Below, in pieces: positions 8,694 through 16,317 of a stretch of 24,106 bases of DNA (position 1 is the stretch's first letter; every line of letters begins with the position of its first letter). Location: the NCBI GenBank assembly GCA_043812975.1, contig JBDRLP010000034.1, forward strand, positions 1-24,106, written 5' to 3'. This stretch comes from Candidatus Iainarchaeum sp. (GTDB taxonomy: Archaea > Iainarchaeota > Iainarchaeia > Iainarchaeales > Iainarchaeaceae). The translations under genes and the position numbers were made by a program. The notes below the pieces were generated by a model that was given only the letters and a program-made list of their open reading frames with translations, was not told where the DNA came from and did not search any database.

Positions 8694-10333
8694 GGGACGC
8701 AATCACAAAACCGAGGGTTTTACTCCTTATTGCTTTAGTACTGATTTCCTTACTTTCAATCAGTTTAAGTGGACTTGAATTTGGAATTGATTTTAAAGGC
8801 GGAACACTTTTCCAAATCCAATTGGAAGAAAATGTTACTCCTGACAAAATGGAAACCATTGTATTAATTATAGGAGAACGTTTGGATGCATTTGGATTAA
8901 AAGACACTAAAGTTAATTCTCTTGGAGAAGATTTTGTTTCAGCCCAAATAGCAGAAACTGATCCTGAAAAGATTGAGCATTTAGAATCGCTTTTAAGAAC
9001 ACAGGGAAAGTTTGAGGCAACTATCAATGGAGAACTTCTCTTTGAGGGAAGTGACCTTATCCAAATTTACAAAGATAATGCTAACGGTTATGGAGTTATA
9101 GATGCGGGTCAGGGAGGAGAAACATTTAATTGGCAATTGCCTTTTCTGTTAAACCAGAAGGCTGCTGAAAATTTTTCAAGAAAAACTTTCCACAAATGCA
9201 GTCAGATTTCTTTTGATGTTCAGGCTGGAGGTTCTTATGATTGTGAAAATACTTTCTTTTTCATTGACAGGCCTACAGAGTCAGTAATAATTGTTACTCA
9301 AAGGGTTTTTTCTGATGATGTTGCGTTATTGGGTGCAGGAAGCGTTCTTGAAAACATTCCTCAGAATACATCAATCGATGAATTATTGAAAAACTCTGGA
9401 TTGCCTCACTTTGTTGTTAATGATTCTAACTTTACTTCTGCACAATTATCCGAACTTGAGACCCTTGTACAGGAAAACCCTACAGCTATTGTTCATGATT
9501 TTGTTTCTGCAGAACAAAAACAAGCATTGGTAGGATTAGGTTATGATGTTGTTGAGGTAAATCAAAAAGAAGCAATTCCTTGGATTTGGACTGTTACTGG
9601 TGCAAGGCAGGTTATTTCTTTAACCCCTGGAATTGCAAATCTTGAGCCAAGGATTGATAATATTGAAAATGCAAAGATTTTTTCACAATTATTGATTACA
9701 GGGACTGGAAGTTCAAGAGAAGAAGCAGCTACAGAACTAAAAGCTTTAGAAGTCCTGCTGGAAACGGGTTCTTTGCCAATAGGAATCAAGAGTATTTCCA
9801 AGGAAACTATTTCTCCTTTGCTTGGAAAGGAATTTTTGAACAGTGCTTTATTGATTGGTCTTGTTGGTTTGATTATTGTTTCACTTGTTGTTTTTATAAG
9901 ATATAGGAATTTAAAGTTGGTTATACCAATCCTTGTGACTGGTGCAAGTGAAATAATTATGATTCTTGGTTTTGCTTCGCTTGTAAAATACAATCTTGAT
10001 CTTGCCGCGGTTGCAGGAATTCTTGCAGCCGTTGGAACAGGGGTTGACCATCAGATAATAATCACTGATGAACTTCTCAGGGGGGAAATGATTGCAGGCG
10101 GAAGTTTTGTTAATCGTGTAAAAAGAGCATTTTTCATTATTATGGCTGCTGCCGCAACCACAATAGCCACAATGCTTCCGATTATTATATTCAGTTTTGG
10201 TCTGGGAAAACTAAGAGGATTTGCAATAACAATCGTTGTCGGAGTATTAGTTGGAATCTTAATTTCAAGGCCGGCATTCTCAGTACTGGCAGAACACGTT
10301 CTGAAGAAGAAGCAATCGGATGAATCAGCTTGA
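8690..10333 (+). CDS. secD: Protein translocase subunit SecD
   Basis: GIDFKGG, large extracellular domain, GSLP, ISPLLG, GTGVDHQIII, LRGFA; ATGA overlap with secF. Confidence 0.93.
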   Translation: MRDAITKPRVLLLIALVLISLLSISLSGLEFGIDFKGGTLFQIQLEENVTPDKMETIVLIIGERLDAFGLKDTKVNSLGEDFVSAQIAETDPEKIEHLESLLRTQGKFEATINGELLFEGSDLIQIYKDNANGYGVIDAGQGGETFNWQLPFLLNQKAAENFSRKTFHKCSQISFDVQAGGSYDCENTFFFIDRPTESVIIVTQRVFSDDVALLGAGSVLENIPQNTSIDELLKNSGLPHFVVNDSNFTSAQLSELETLVQENPTAIVHDFVSAEQKQALVGLGYDVVEVNQKEAIPWIWTVTGARQVISLTPGIANLEPRIDNIENAKIFSQLLITGTGSSREEAATELKALEVLLETGSLPIGIKSISKETISPLLGKEFLNSALLIGLVGLIIVSLVVFIRYRNLKLVIPILVTGASEIIMILGFASLVKYNLDLAAVAGILAAVGTGVDHQIIITDELLRGEMIAGGSFVNRVKRAFFIIMAAAATTIATMLPIIIFSFGLGKLRGFAITIVVGVLVGILISRPAFSVLAEHVLKKKQSDESA

Positions 10334-10405
10334 TTTTTTCAAAAATTTGTTTGTGGTAGAAGATATTCTTCGGCGAAATCATTTATCGGGAGAATAAAGT
10401 ATACT

Positions 10406-10471
10406 AATGCTTTCAAACAGCATTTCTACAAAATATATAGAACCAAAACAAATAAATTGCGGGTGTTCTAT
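10406..10471 (+). promoter_or_regulatory. Toxin-antitoxin promoter with candidate operators
   Basis: Inverted repeats AATGCT-N7-AGCATT (10406-10424) and ATAGAAC-N21-GTTCTAT (10437-10471) around TATA-like AAATATATAG; SD AGGTGA at 10481. Confidence 0.4.
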
Positions 10472-10492
10472 TATAATATTAGGTGATTTGAT

Positions 10493-10705
10493 TTGACTTC
10501 TAACACTGCTTTGATTCAAAAAAAAGCTATTAAAGAATTAACTAAAGAGGCTAAAAAAGCTAAAGAGGATTTGGAAGGTTATTTGGAGGACTTGGAGCTT
10601 TATTCCAAGCTTGAGTTTTGGGAAGCCGTTAATCAGGCTGAAACAGGACAAGTTAACAATTATAAAAGCATCAAAGAATATGCAAAAAAAATGGTCAAAA
10701 AATGA
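10493..10705 (+). CDS. Putative type II antitoxin
   Basis: 70 aa, TTG start after SD, acidic central helix, ATGA overlap with the downstream RelE-like toxin. Confidence 0.75.
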   Translation: MTSNTALIQKKAIKELTKEAKKAKEDLEGYLEDLELYSKLEFWEAVNQAETGQVNNYKSIKEYAKKMVKK

Positions 10706-10944
10706 CTTCTTTTTCAACCACGCCAATTTATGATAAGCAGTTTGATAAACTTGATAAAAGGCAGCAAACATTAATTTTAAAGAAAATGGGTAAGGTAGTT
10801 GAGCAGCCTGAACTTGGTAAGCCAATGCACAAGCCCATGCAGAACAGAAGAAGCGAAAGAGTTGAAAAACTGAGAATAATTTATAAGTACGAACAGAACC
10901 ACGTTACTTTCCTTTACTTTGACGACCGAGGCCATGTTTACTGA
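10702..10944 (+). CDS. relE: RelE/ParE family toxin
   Basis: 80 aa basic protein; P..GKP...RSERV.KLRIIY and C-terminal RGHVY are typical of RelE. Confidence 0.85.
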   Translation: MTSFSTTPIYDKQFDKLDKRQQTLILKKMGKVVEQPELGKPMHKPMQNRRSERVEKLRIIYKYEQNHVTFLYFDDRGHVY

Positions 10945-10954
10945 TTTTCCAAAC

Positions 10955-11443
10955 TCACAAAAAACCCGAAAAATTCTTTGCTTTTGTAATTCTTTTTGTG
11001 AAATAATACCATAATACTAGTACTATTCCTGAGGAAACAAACCAGCTTGTTACGTGCAGTATTTCGGCATTTTCTATTCCAAATTCCATGCCTACCCAGA
11101 CAATACTAAGCACTCTCAGATAATTCACGATAAATAAAAGCACAAAGCCTAAGCCAAAAATGAGGAGTTTCTTTTCCATTTCCGGTTTTTTCAGGGAAAA
11201 AATTATTGAAGCAAGAATACTTGTGCTTACAATGCCTGTGCATTCAGGAACTATTTCAAAAATCCCGTCTGAAACAAAAATAAAGTTTTTAACATTCCTT
11301 AATCCAAAGAAATCAGCCTGAGTTTTTGCAATAAACTCCTGCAGAAAAGTTAAATTAGTTCCAAAAACAAAAAATTCAAGAAAAAGAAAAATCGCAAAAA
11401 ACTTTACTAGAAAAATTAAATATTTTTTATTTAACTTCACCAT
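10955..11443 (-). CDS. Small exosortase/archaeosortase family protein
   Basis: Membrane protein with IVPECTG (Cys), NYLRV (Arg) and LH (His) triad pattern. Confidence 0.85.
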   Translation of the reverse strand: MVKLNKKYLIFLVKFFAIFLFLEFFVFGTNLTFLQEFIAKTQADFFGLRNVKNFIFVSDGIFEIVPECTGIVSTSILASIIFSLKKPEMEKKLLIFGLGFVLLFIVNYLRVLSIVWVGMEFGIENAEILHVTSWFVSSGIVLVLWYYFTKRITKAKNFSGFL

Positions 11444-11952
11444 GGCACCTTTTTTAATTTTGTTTTATATGCGATGAAATTAGATGCTCTGTGAACAATA
11501 AGGGTTATTATGATTACAATAATGACTTCGTAAAATTCCGGAACATAAATCAAACTTCCAACAATCATCCCACCAATAACAAAATCTAATTGATCCAGAA
11601 AAAGTACTTCTCCTCCTTGTTTTATTTCGTTTCTTCTTTTGAAAAAACTTCCTGCCATGTCTCCTATAAGAGCTCCTCCTGCCAGTAAAAAACCAAGAAG
11701 CAAGTAATCAGGAGTTAATAGTAAAGTTATTTCAGGAAAAAAAGTAAGAATAATTGCAGAAACAATTGTTCCAATCAGGGTTCCGAAGAATAATCCTTTG
11801 AATGTTTTTCCGTTACCGAAGAAACGTTTTCCATCAAGAAAATTTTTGCCAAAATCTATAGGTGTTTTTCCGCCAAAAAGCATTGCGGAACTGTTTGCAA
11901 AGTACATTGGAGCAAGATAAATCAGGAGTTTAATTATTAAATCTTCTTCCAT
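11437..11952 (-). CDS. carS: CDP-archaeol synthase
   Basis: PMYFANS, PIDFGK..DGKR.FG.GKT.KG, GDM.GSFFKRR, LDQLDF, C-terminal KKVPW. Confidence 0.93.
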   Translation of the reverse strand: MEEDLIIKLLIYLAPMYFANSSAMLFGGKTPIDFGKNFLDGKRFFGNGKTFKGLFFGTLIGTIVSAIILTFFPEITLLLTPDYLLLGFLLAGGALIGDMAGSFFKRRNEIKQGGEVLFLDQLDFVIGGMIVGSLIYVPEFYEVIIVIIITLIVHRASNFIAYKTKLKKVPW

Positions 11953-12010
11953 TAATTCACCATAATCTTATTTATTGTGAAAGGTGTATTTTAATGTATA
12001 TGGGGTTTTT

Positions 12011-12928
12011 ATGAAGAAAAATGATAATACAAACACGTTGATTTTGATTGGCGCTAGTGCAATACTGTTTATTTTGATTGTATTTGCTGTTATTTTACTT
12101 TTTCCTATAGGTTCTGATTTTGGACCCCCAGGATTTGTGGCACCCGGAATCGCAATTATTCCTTTAAAGGGAGAAATTACTAACAGCACGGGCTCTTTTT
12201 CAGCAGATTTATCAGCTGATGAAATAGTTCAAATGCTTGATGATGCTGATAATGACTCTAGTATTGGCGCAATATTAATCGATATTGATTCTCCTGGAGG
12301 CGGTGTTGTTCCTTCAAAGCAGATTGTTTACAAGGTTAGGTCTGTAAAAAAACCGGTTTATTCTTACATAAATTCCAGTGGTGCTTCTGGAGCTTATTAT
12401 GTTGCATCTGCCACGGATTATATTATGGCTGATGAGGATTCAATCACGGGGAGTATTGGAGTTATTTCAATGATACTTAATTTTGAGAAACTTTTTGATG
12501 ATTTAGGAATAGGAGTTACTGTTTTGAAGGAAGGTGAATTCAAGGCAATAGGGAGTCCTTTTAAGGAACTCAGCGAGGATGAGGAAAGTATTTTACAGTC
12601 AATTTTGATTCAGATTTATGAAGGTTTTAAGGAAGATGTTCTTGAATTCAGAGGGGATAAATTAACAAGAAGCCAACTTGATTCTGTTGCTGATGGAAGA
12701 ATTCTTTCCGGAAGACAGGCTTTTCAAAAAAATCTTGTTGATGAGTTATTAACAAAAGAACAGGCTGTTGATAGAGCTGCTGAACTTGCTGGAATAAAAG
12801 AACCAATAATCATTACTTACGGAAAAAAAGATTTGAGTTTTTTGGAATTATTTTTCAGTTCAGGACAAGCTTTTGGTCAGGGTTTCATTAGTTCGATAAA
12901 AACCAGTGATTCAATAGAAGTAAAATAA
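12011..12928 (+). CDS. sppA: Signal peptide peptidase SppA (peptidase S49)
   Basis: N-terminal TM helix; DSPGG, ASGAYY, GSIGV, ADGR motifs. Confidence 0.93.
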   Translation: MKKNDNTNTLILIGASAILFILIVFAVILLFPIGSDFGPPGFVAPGIAIIPLKGEITNSTGSFSADLSADEIVQMLDDADNDSSIGAILIDIDSPGGGVVPSKQIVYKVRSVKKPVYSYINSSGASGAYYVASATDYIMADEDSITGSIGVISMILNFEKLFDDLGIGVTVLKEGEFKAIGSPFKELSEDEESILQSILIQIYEGFKEDVLEFRGDKLTRSQLDSVADGRILSGRQAFQKNLVDELLTKEQAVDRAAELAGIKEPIIITYGKKDLSFLELFFSSGQAFGQGFISSIKTSDSIEVK

Positions 12929-12986
12929 AAATATAATAGGGGTAAAGTAAACTAAATTAAAACAGAAAAAAGTAAATTAAAATAAT

Positions 12987-13676
12987 TTAAATTATTCCTG
13001 AAAGTAAAAATGCGATTATTGCTCCTGAACTGCTTGCAAGAAAATTAACCTGTGTGTTATTCAGTATTCCTTTTCTTTCAAGTGTTGCTCCAAGAAGGCT
13101 GTCAATTATTGTTCCTAATATTCCTGCAATTACAATTGCTAGTGCTCCGTTTGGGCTTATTGTAAAGTAAAAAAGTAATCCGATTAATGCTGCTGCTATA
13201 ATTCCTGCGATGGTTCCGAGTAATGTTATTCCGCCGTCTGTTCCTTTTTCAACTTTTTTAAAACTGGTTATCAGCACAGGATTTTTTTTTGAAAGCATCC
13301 CTATTTCTGAGGAAACAGTGTCCGCAAGTGCTGCTGAGATTGCCCCAAAAAACGCGATTCCTTGCCCCAAAAAGAGAGCTATTATAGCTGCCCCTGAATT
13401 GCCTATAATGTTAGCTGTTGTCCTTTGTTCGTGTTTTTTATGGTCTTCCCTTGCTATTTTTGTTGCTGCTTCGGCTATTATGTAAAAAACAACCAGTGTT
13501 GTGAAGGCCAAAAACCCTCCCCGAATAAATGCGATTATTCCAATTATATCTGCTATTATGATGCCTGTAGTGTTAAGTAGTTTCTTTCTGTAAGAAAAGA
13601 ATGAAAATGTTGCTAAAATTAGTATTGTAATCCCAATATTTAGGGTAGTTATTGCAGGGGAGAATGCGTCAAGCAT
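12987..13676 (-). CDS. DUF92 (TMEM19/VTE6-like) membrane protein
   Basis: R...NIIGN, ADTVSSEIG, GTDGGITLLG, DSLLGATLE, NNTQVNF signature. Confidence 0.9.
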   Translation of the reverse strand: MLDAFSPAITTLNIGITILILATFSFFSYRKKLLNTTGIIIADIIGIIAFIRGGFLAFTTLVVFYIIAEAATKIAREDHKKHEQRTTANIIGNSGAAIIALFLGQGIAFFGAISAALADTVSSEIGMLSKKNPVLITSFKKVEKGTDGGITLLGTIAGIIAAALIGLLFYFTISPNGALAIVIAGILGTIIDSLLGATLERKGILNNTQVNFLASSSGAIIAFLLSGII

Positions 13677-13680
13677 TGTT

Positions 13681-14301
13681 TCACACAACTAACGAGGATT
13701 TTGTTATTTCAACTCTTTTTACTGGTACAATGTTTTTCAGGTTTCCGTAAATTTTGTTTGGAATTGTACCAAATACAATTTCATCAATTATTTTTCTTGA
13801 ATCTAATTCGGAAATAATTTTCTTTGTTGCTTCTTCAGTTTTTTTTCTTATGCTTGTTTTTTGATTTTTTGACGCTTTATTTTCTGTAATAATAATAATT
13901 TTGATTTTGTAAGTTTTTTTGTCTTTTGTAAAGTAAGTTTTTACACTCATTATTTTGCTTGATTTTCTTCTTACAATTCTTTTCAAGTAACTGTCTTTTA
14001 CTTCGTGTCCGACTGCTTCAGTGTTGGCCTTGCTAGCCGTAACATCTTTTATTTTAAATTTCAATTGGATGTGCTGTTTTTTTGGTTGGTTTGCAAGTTC
14101 TCTTCCCGTAATAGTAATAACTCTTCCGATTAAGTTCTCTGGTTTTTCAACAATTGTTTCCCCTATTTGTTTTCTTTCAAACTCTTCAGGTGCAATAATC
14201 GCGTACCAAGATTTTTTCTTCCACTTATCAGTGGTTTTGGTTTTTTTCTTTGGCTGTATTTTTAGTTTTTCTGTTTTCTTAACTTTTTTATCTTTAGCCA
14301 T
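13681..14301 (-). CDS. rps3ae: 30S ribosomal protein S3Ae (eS1)
   Basis: DKWKKKSWY.IIAP..F, GRVI, VRRKSSKI, IVPVKRVEITKS. Confidence 0.95.
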   Translation of the reverse strand: MAKDKKVKKTEKLKIQPKKKTKTTDKWKKKSWYAIIAPEEFERKQIGETIVEKPENLIGRVITITGRELANQPKKQHIQLKFKIKDVTASKANTEAVGHEVKDSYLKRIVRRKSSKIMSVKTYFTKDKKTYKIKIIIITENKASKNQKTSIRKKTEEATKKIISELDSRKIIDEIVFGTIPNKIYGNLKNIVPVKRVEITKSSLVV

Positions 14302-14319
14302 AAATTATCACTTCACCAA

Positions 14320-14377
14320 AGCCGTCTGCTCACGGCTGTAGAGCGGACTGTCTTCGCTTGTGCTCGACAGGCCTGCC
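14320..14377 (-). ncRNA. Candidate cis-regulatory RNA leader of rps3ae (copy 2 of the GAGCACAAGCGAAG motif)
   Basis: Hairpin CUGUC-[GAGCACAAGCGAA]-GACAG, then hairpin AGCCGU-N6-ACGGCU next to SD GGTGA. Confidence 0.65.
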
Positions 14378-14405
14378 ATTATGTTTTTTATCTTAATCAT
14401 TTTTA

Positions 14406-14861
14406 TCACTTCACAAGTAAAGCTGCTTTTTCCGGAGTGTATCTCCAGTCTTTTGCAAGCTTTCCTTTTTTAACATAATATTTTGTAAGCCTTCTGATTT
14501 TACTGACAGTTAATTGATATCCTCTTTTTGAGGTCATGTCTTTTTTGTTTTTTTCCATGTGTTTTGTAAGTTTAACTGATTTTTTGATTAAGTTCAGCAT
14601 ATCTCTTGGAATATCCGATCCAAGTTTGTTTTTTTCCAAAATTTGTTCAATCTTTTTTCCGCTTAGTTTATGAACACTTGGAATTCCGTATTGATCTCTA
14701 AGAGTAATTCCGATTTCGCTTGCGGTTAAACCAGTATTAGCTAATTCAATAATAATTTGTTCGATTTCAGCTGGTTTGTATTCTACCCAGCTTGCACTTT
14801 GTTTTGATGCTGGTGGTGTAGAACCGCTTTTACCTTTTGAACCTGAGTGCATTCTGCTCAT
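14406..14861 (-). CDS. rps15: 30S ribosomal protein S15 (uS15, archaeal S15/S13e type)
   Basis: MSRMHSGSKGKSGS, IGITLRDQYGIP, IPRD, SKIRRLTKYY; 151 aa from ATG 14861. Confidence 0.96.
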   Translation of the reverse strand: MSRMHSGSKGKSGSTPPASKQSASWVEYKPAEIEQIIIELANTGLTASEIGITLRDQYGIPSVHKLSGKKIEQILEKNKLGSDIPRDMLNLIKKSVKLTKHMEKNKKDMTSKRGYQLTVSKIRRLTKYYVKKGKLAKDWRYTPEKAALLVK

Positions 14862-14889
14862 TCTATCAAAAATCCTATTTCTTATTCTT

Positions 14890-14978
14890 GGCGCCGTCCC
14901 GCCCAAAACCGTTGCGTCGGTTTGGTACGCATCCACTTCGCTTGTGCTCAGTAGGACTGTCCCTATGGAAGGGGAAAG
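14890..14978 (-). ncRNA. Candidate cis-regulatory RNA leader of rps15 (copy 1 of the GAGCACAAGCGAAG motif)
   Basis: GC-rich 5' UTR with hairpin CUACU-[GAGCACAAGCGA]-AGUGG and hairpin CCAAACCG-N6-CGGUUUUGG. Confidence 0.65.
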
Positions 14979-15020
14979 CTAAATACTACTAAAAGTATTA
15001 CATATTTTCCTTAGAGAAGC

Positions 15021-15028
15021 TTTAAAAA
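15021..15028 (-). promoter_or_regulatory. TATA-like box of the rps15 operon
   Basis: TTTTTAAA on the minus strand, implying a start near 14997 and a leader of about 135 nt. Confidence 0.45.
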
Positions 15029-15043
15029 GCTACTTTTAGGCTT

Positions 15044-15142
15044 TTACGTGAACATGGCTATAACCATTACAATAATTATTAATGTTACAATTGCATAAAC
15101 TAACAATAAATAAAGGTGGTCTGCTTGGCCTCGTGAATTCAT
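15044..15142 (-). CDS. 32-aa class III signal peptide (pilin-like) microprotein, absent from the ORF track
   Basis: MNSRGQADHLYLLLVYAIVTLIIIVMVIAMFT*; ATG 15142 to TAA 15044; RG|Q followed by a hydrophobic helix. Confidence 0.6.
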   Translation of the reverse strand: MNSRGQADHLYLLLVYAIVTLIIIVMVIAMFT

Positions 15143-15165
15143 AAATAATTTATGGTTTTAGAAAT

Positions 15166-15777
15166 TTAATAGTATCGAGCCCTTGCTTCCACCTCAGAAA
15201 GGTGTTTTAAGACATTTTTTCCATTACTAAATGATTTTTGGTATTCATTTTCGATGTTTTTCCACAAATCAAGTATTTGGTAGTGCGTAGCCATAAATGT
15301 TTTCTTAAAAACCAAAAGGTCAACTGATTTATCCTCTATTTTGCTTGAAATGCTTCCTAATCCAAAATCCAGAAAAACCAAAATATTGTTATGTAGAATA
15401 ATGTTGCTTGTTGTTAAATCTCCGTGAATCAAATCTTCAGAATGCATTTTTCCAATCAGGTTTCCGGCTTCTTCACAAAGCTTTTTTGCGTCTTTATTTC
15501 CTGATAAGAATTCTTCTTTGAGTGTTTTTCCTGAAATGAACTCTGAAATAATTTCCATGTCCTTGAGGTTAATCTTCCACACTATTGGAGTTCGTATTCC
15601 TGCTTTTTTGGCTTTTGAAAGTAAATTACACTCAGTTCTAATTCTTTCTTTCAAAATTCTTTCATCAAGGCTTTTTTCTCTGTATTTTTTTCTTTGCCTC
15701 TGCTTTACAACACATTCTCTTCCTAAATATGTGTCCTTGAAAAGCTTGGCTTCAGCTCCTTGTTTAATTAACTCCAT
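15166..15777 (-). CDS. bud32: KEOPS complex kinase/ATPase Bud32 (stand-alone)
   Basis: QGAEA, K.YR...LD......R.R.E, HGDLTTSN, DFGL, EDKSVDL, RARY. Confidence 0.95.
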   Translation of the reverse strand: MELIKQGAEAKLFKDTYLGRECVVKQRQRKKYREKSLDERILKERIRTECNLLSKAKKAGIRTPIVWKINLKDMEIISEFISGKTLKEEFLSGNKDAKKLCEEAGNLIGKMHSEDLIHGDLTTSNIILHNNILVFLDFGLGSISSKIEDKSVDLLVFKKTFMATHYQILDLWKNIENEYQKSFSNGKNVLKHLSEVEARARYY

Positions 15778-15789
15778 AAATGAGTTTTC

Positions 15790-16317
15790 TTAACAAATAG
15801 TTTTAAGCGTGTTGATAGGTCCTTCAAGAGAACTTTTAACTGCATTTAATGATGTATCAAAATCAGCATGAAACATATAACTGAATCCTGAAATATTTTC
15901 GGATAAATTATTTCTTTTCTGAAGTGCATTATCCGCATTTTGAACTGCTTTTTCTGCTGAGTTTCTTGCTAAAATTATCGGGCTTGTTTGTCTGCAGTCA
16001 ACTTGCTGTAAATCCATTTTGGAAATATTTTCAGAATACTCTAAAAGTGATTTTTGCATTTCAATAAGCTCAAGTTTTACTGCAACAACATCTTGTGTAT
16101 CACCGCTTGTATTCAAACCCCGTAATTCACTTTCGTATTGTTCAAGTTCTTCCAAGGTTCCGGGAATAAGTTTTTCAGCACTAACCCCGTATTTAGCATC
16201 AATTGCTTTAACCTGTTCAAGACCGCCAATAAAACCTAGTTGCAGTAAACCAAAATAAACAAGCCCTATGAAGATTATTATAAAAATGAGTTTTTTGAGT
16301 TTAATCACTTTTCTCAC
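15790..16317 (-). CDS. Hypothetical membrane-anchored helical protein
   Basis: Basic N-terminus plus TM helix, helical-looking ectodomain with two Cys; overlaps the upstream ORF by 4 bp. Confidence 0.7.
   Translation of the reverse strand: MRKVIKLKKLIFIIIFIGLVYFGLLQLGFIGGLEQVKAIDAKYGVSAEKLIPGTLEELEQYESELRGLNTSGDTQDVVAVKLELIEMQKSLLEYSENISKMDLQQVDCRQTSPIILARNSAEKAVQNADNALQKRNNLSENISGFSYMFHADFDTSLNAVKSSLEGPINTLKTIC

Noticed and set aside
10334..10486. Short open frames in the secD-antitoxin gap
   Set aside because: No convincing start or SD and no recognisable similarity; cannot be supported as a gene or pseudogene.
14862..14936. 25-aa N-terminal extension of uS15 from GTG 14936 in the ORF track
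   Set aside because: Archaeal S15 begins at M[AS]RMH. The extension coincides with the structured leader and has no SD.
14352..14949. The 14-mer pair as a CRISPR repeat or mobile-element terminal repeat
   Set aside because: Only two copies, flanking an essential ribosomal gene, with no cas, transposase or integrase gene.
14340..14965. HDV-like or hammerhead ribozyme reading of the GCGAA-containing motif
   Set aside because: No nested double pseudoknot or CUGAnGA/GAAA core could be assembled; the position before r-protein genes fits a leader better.
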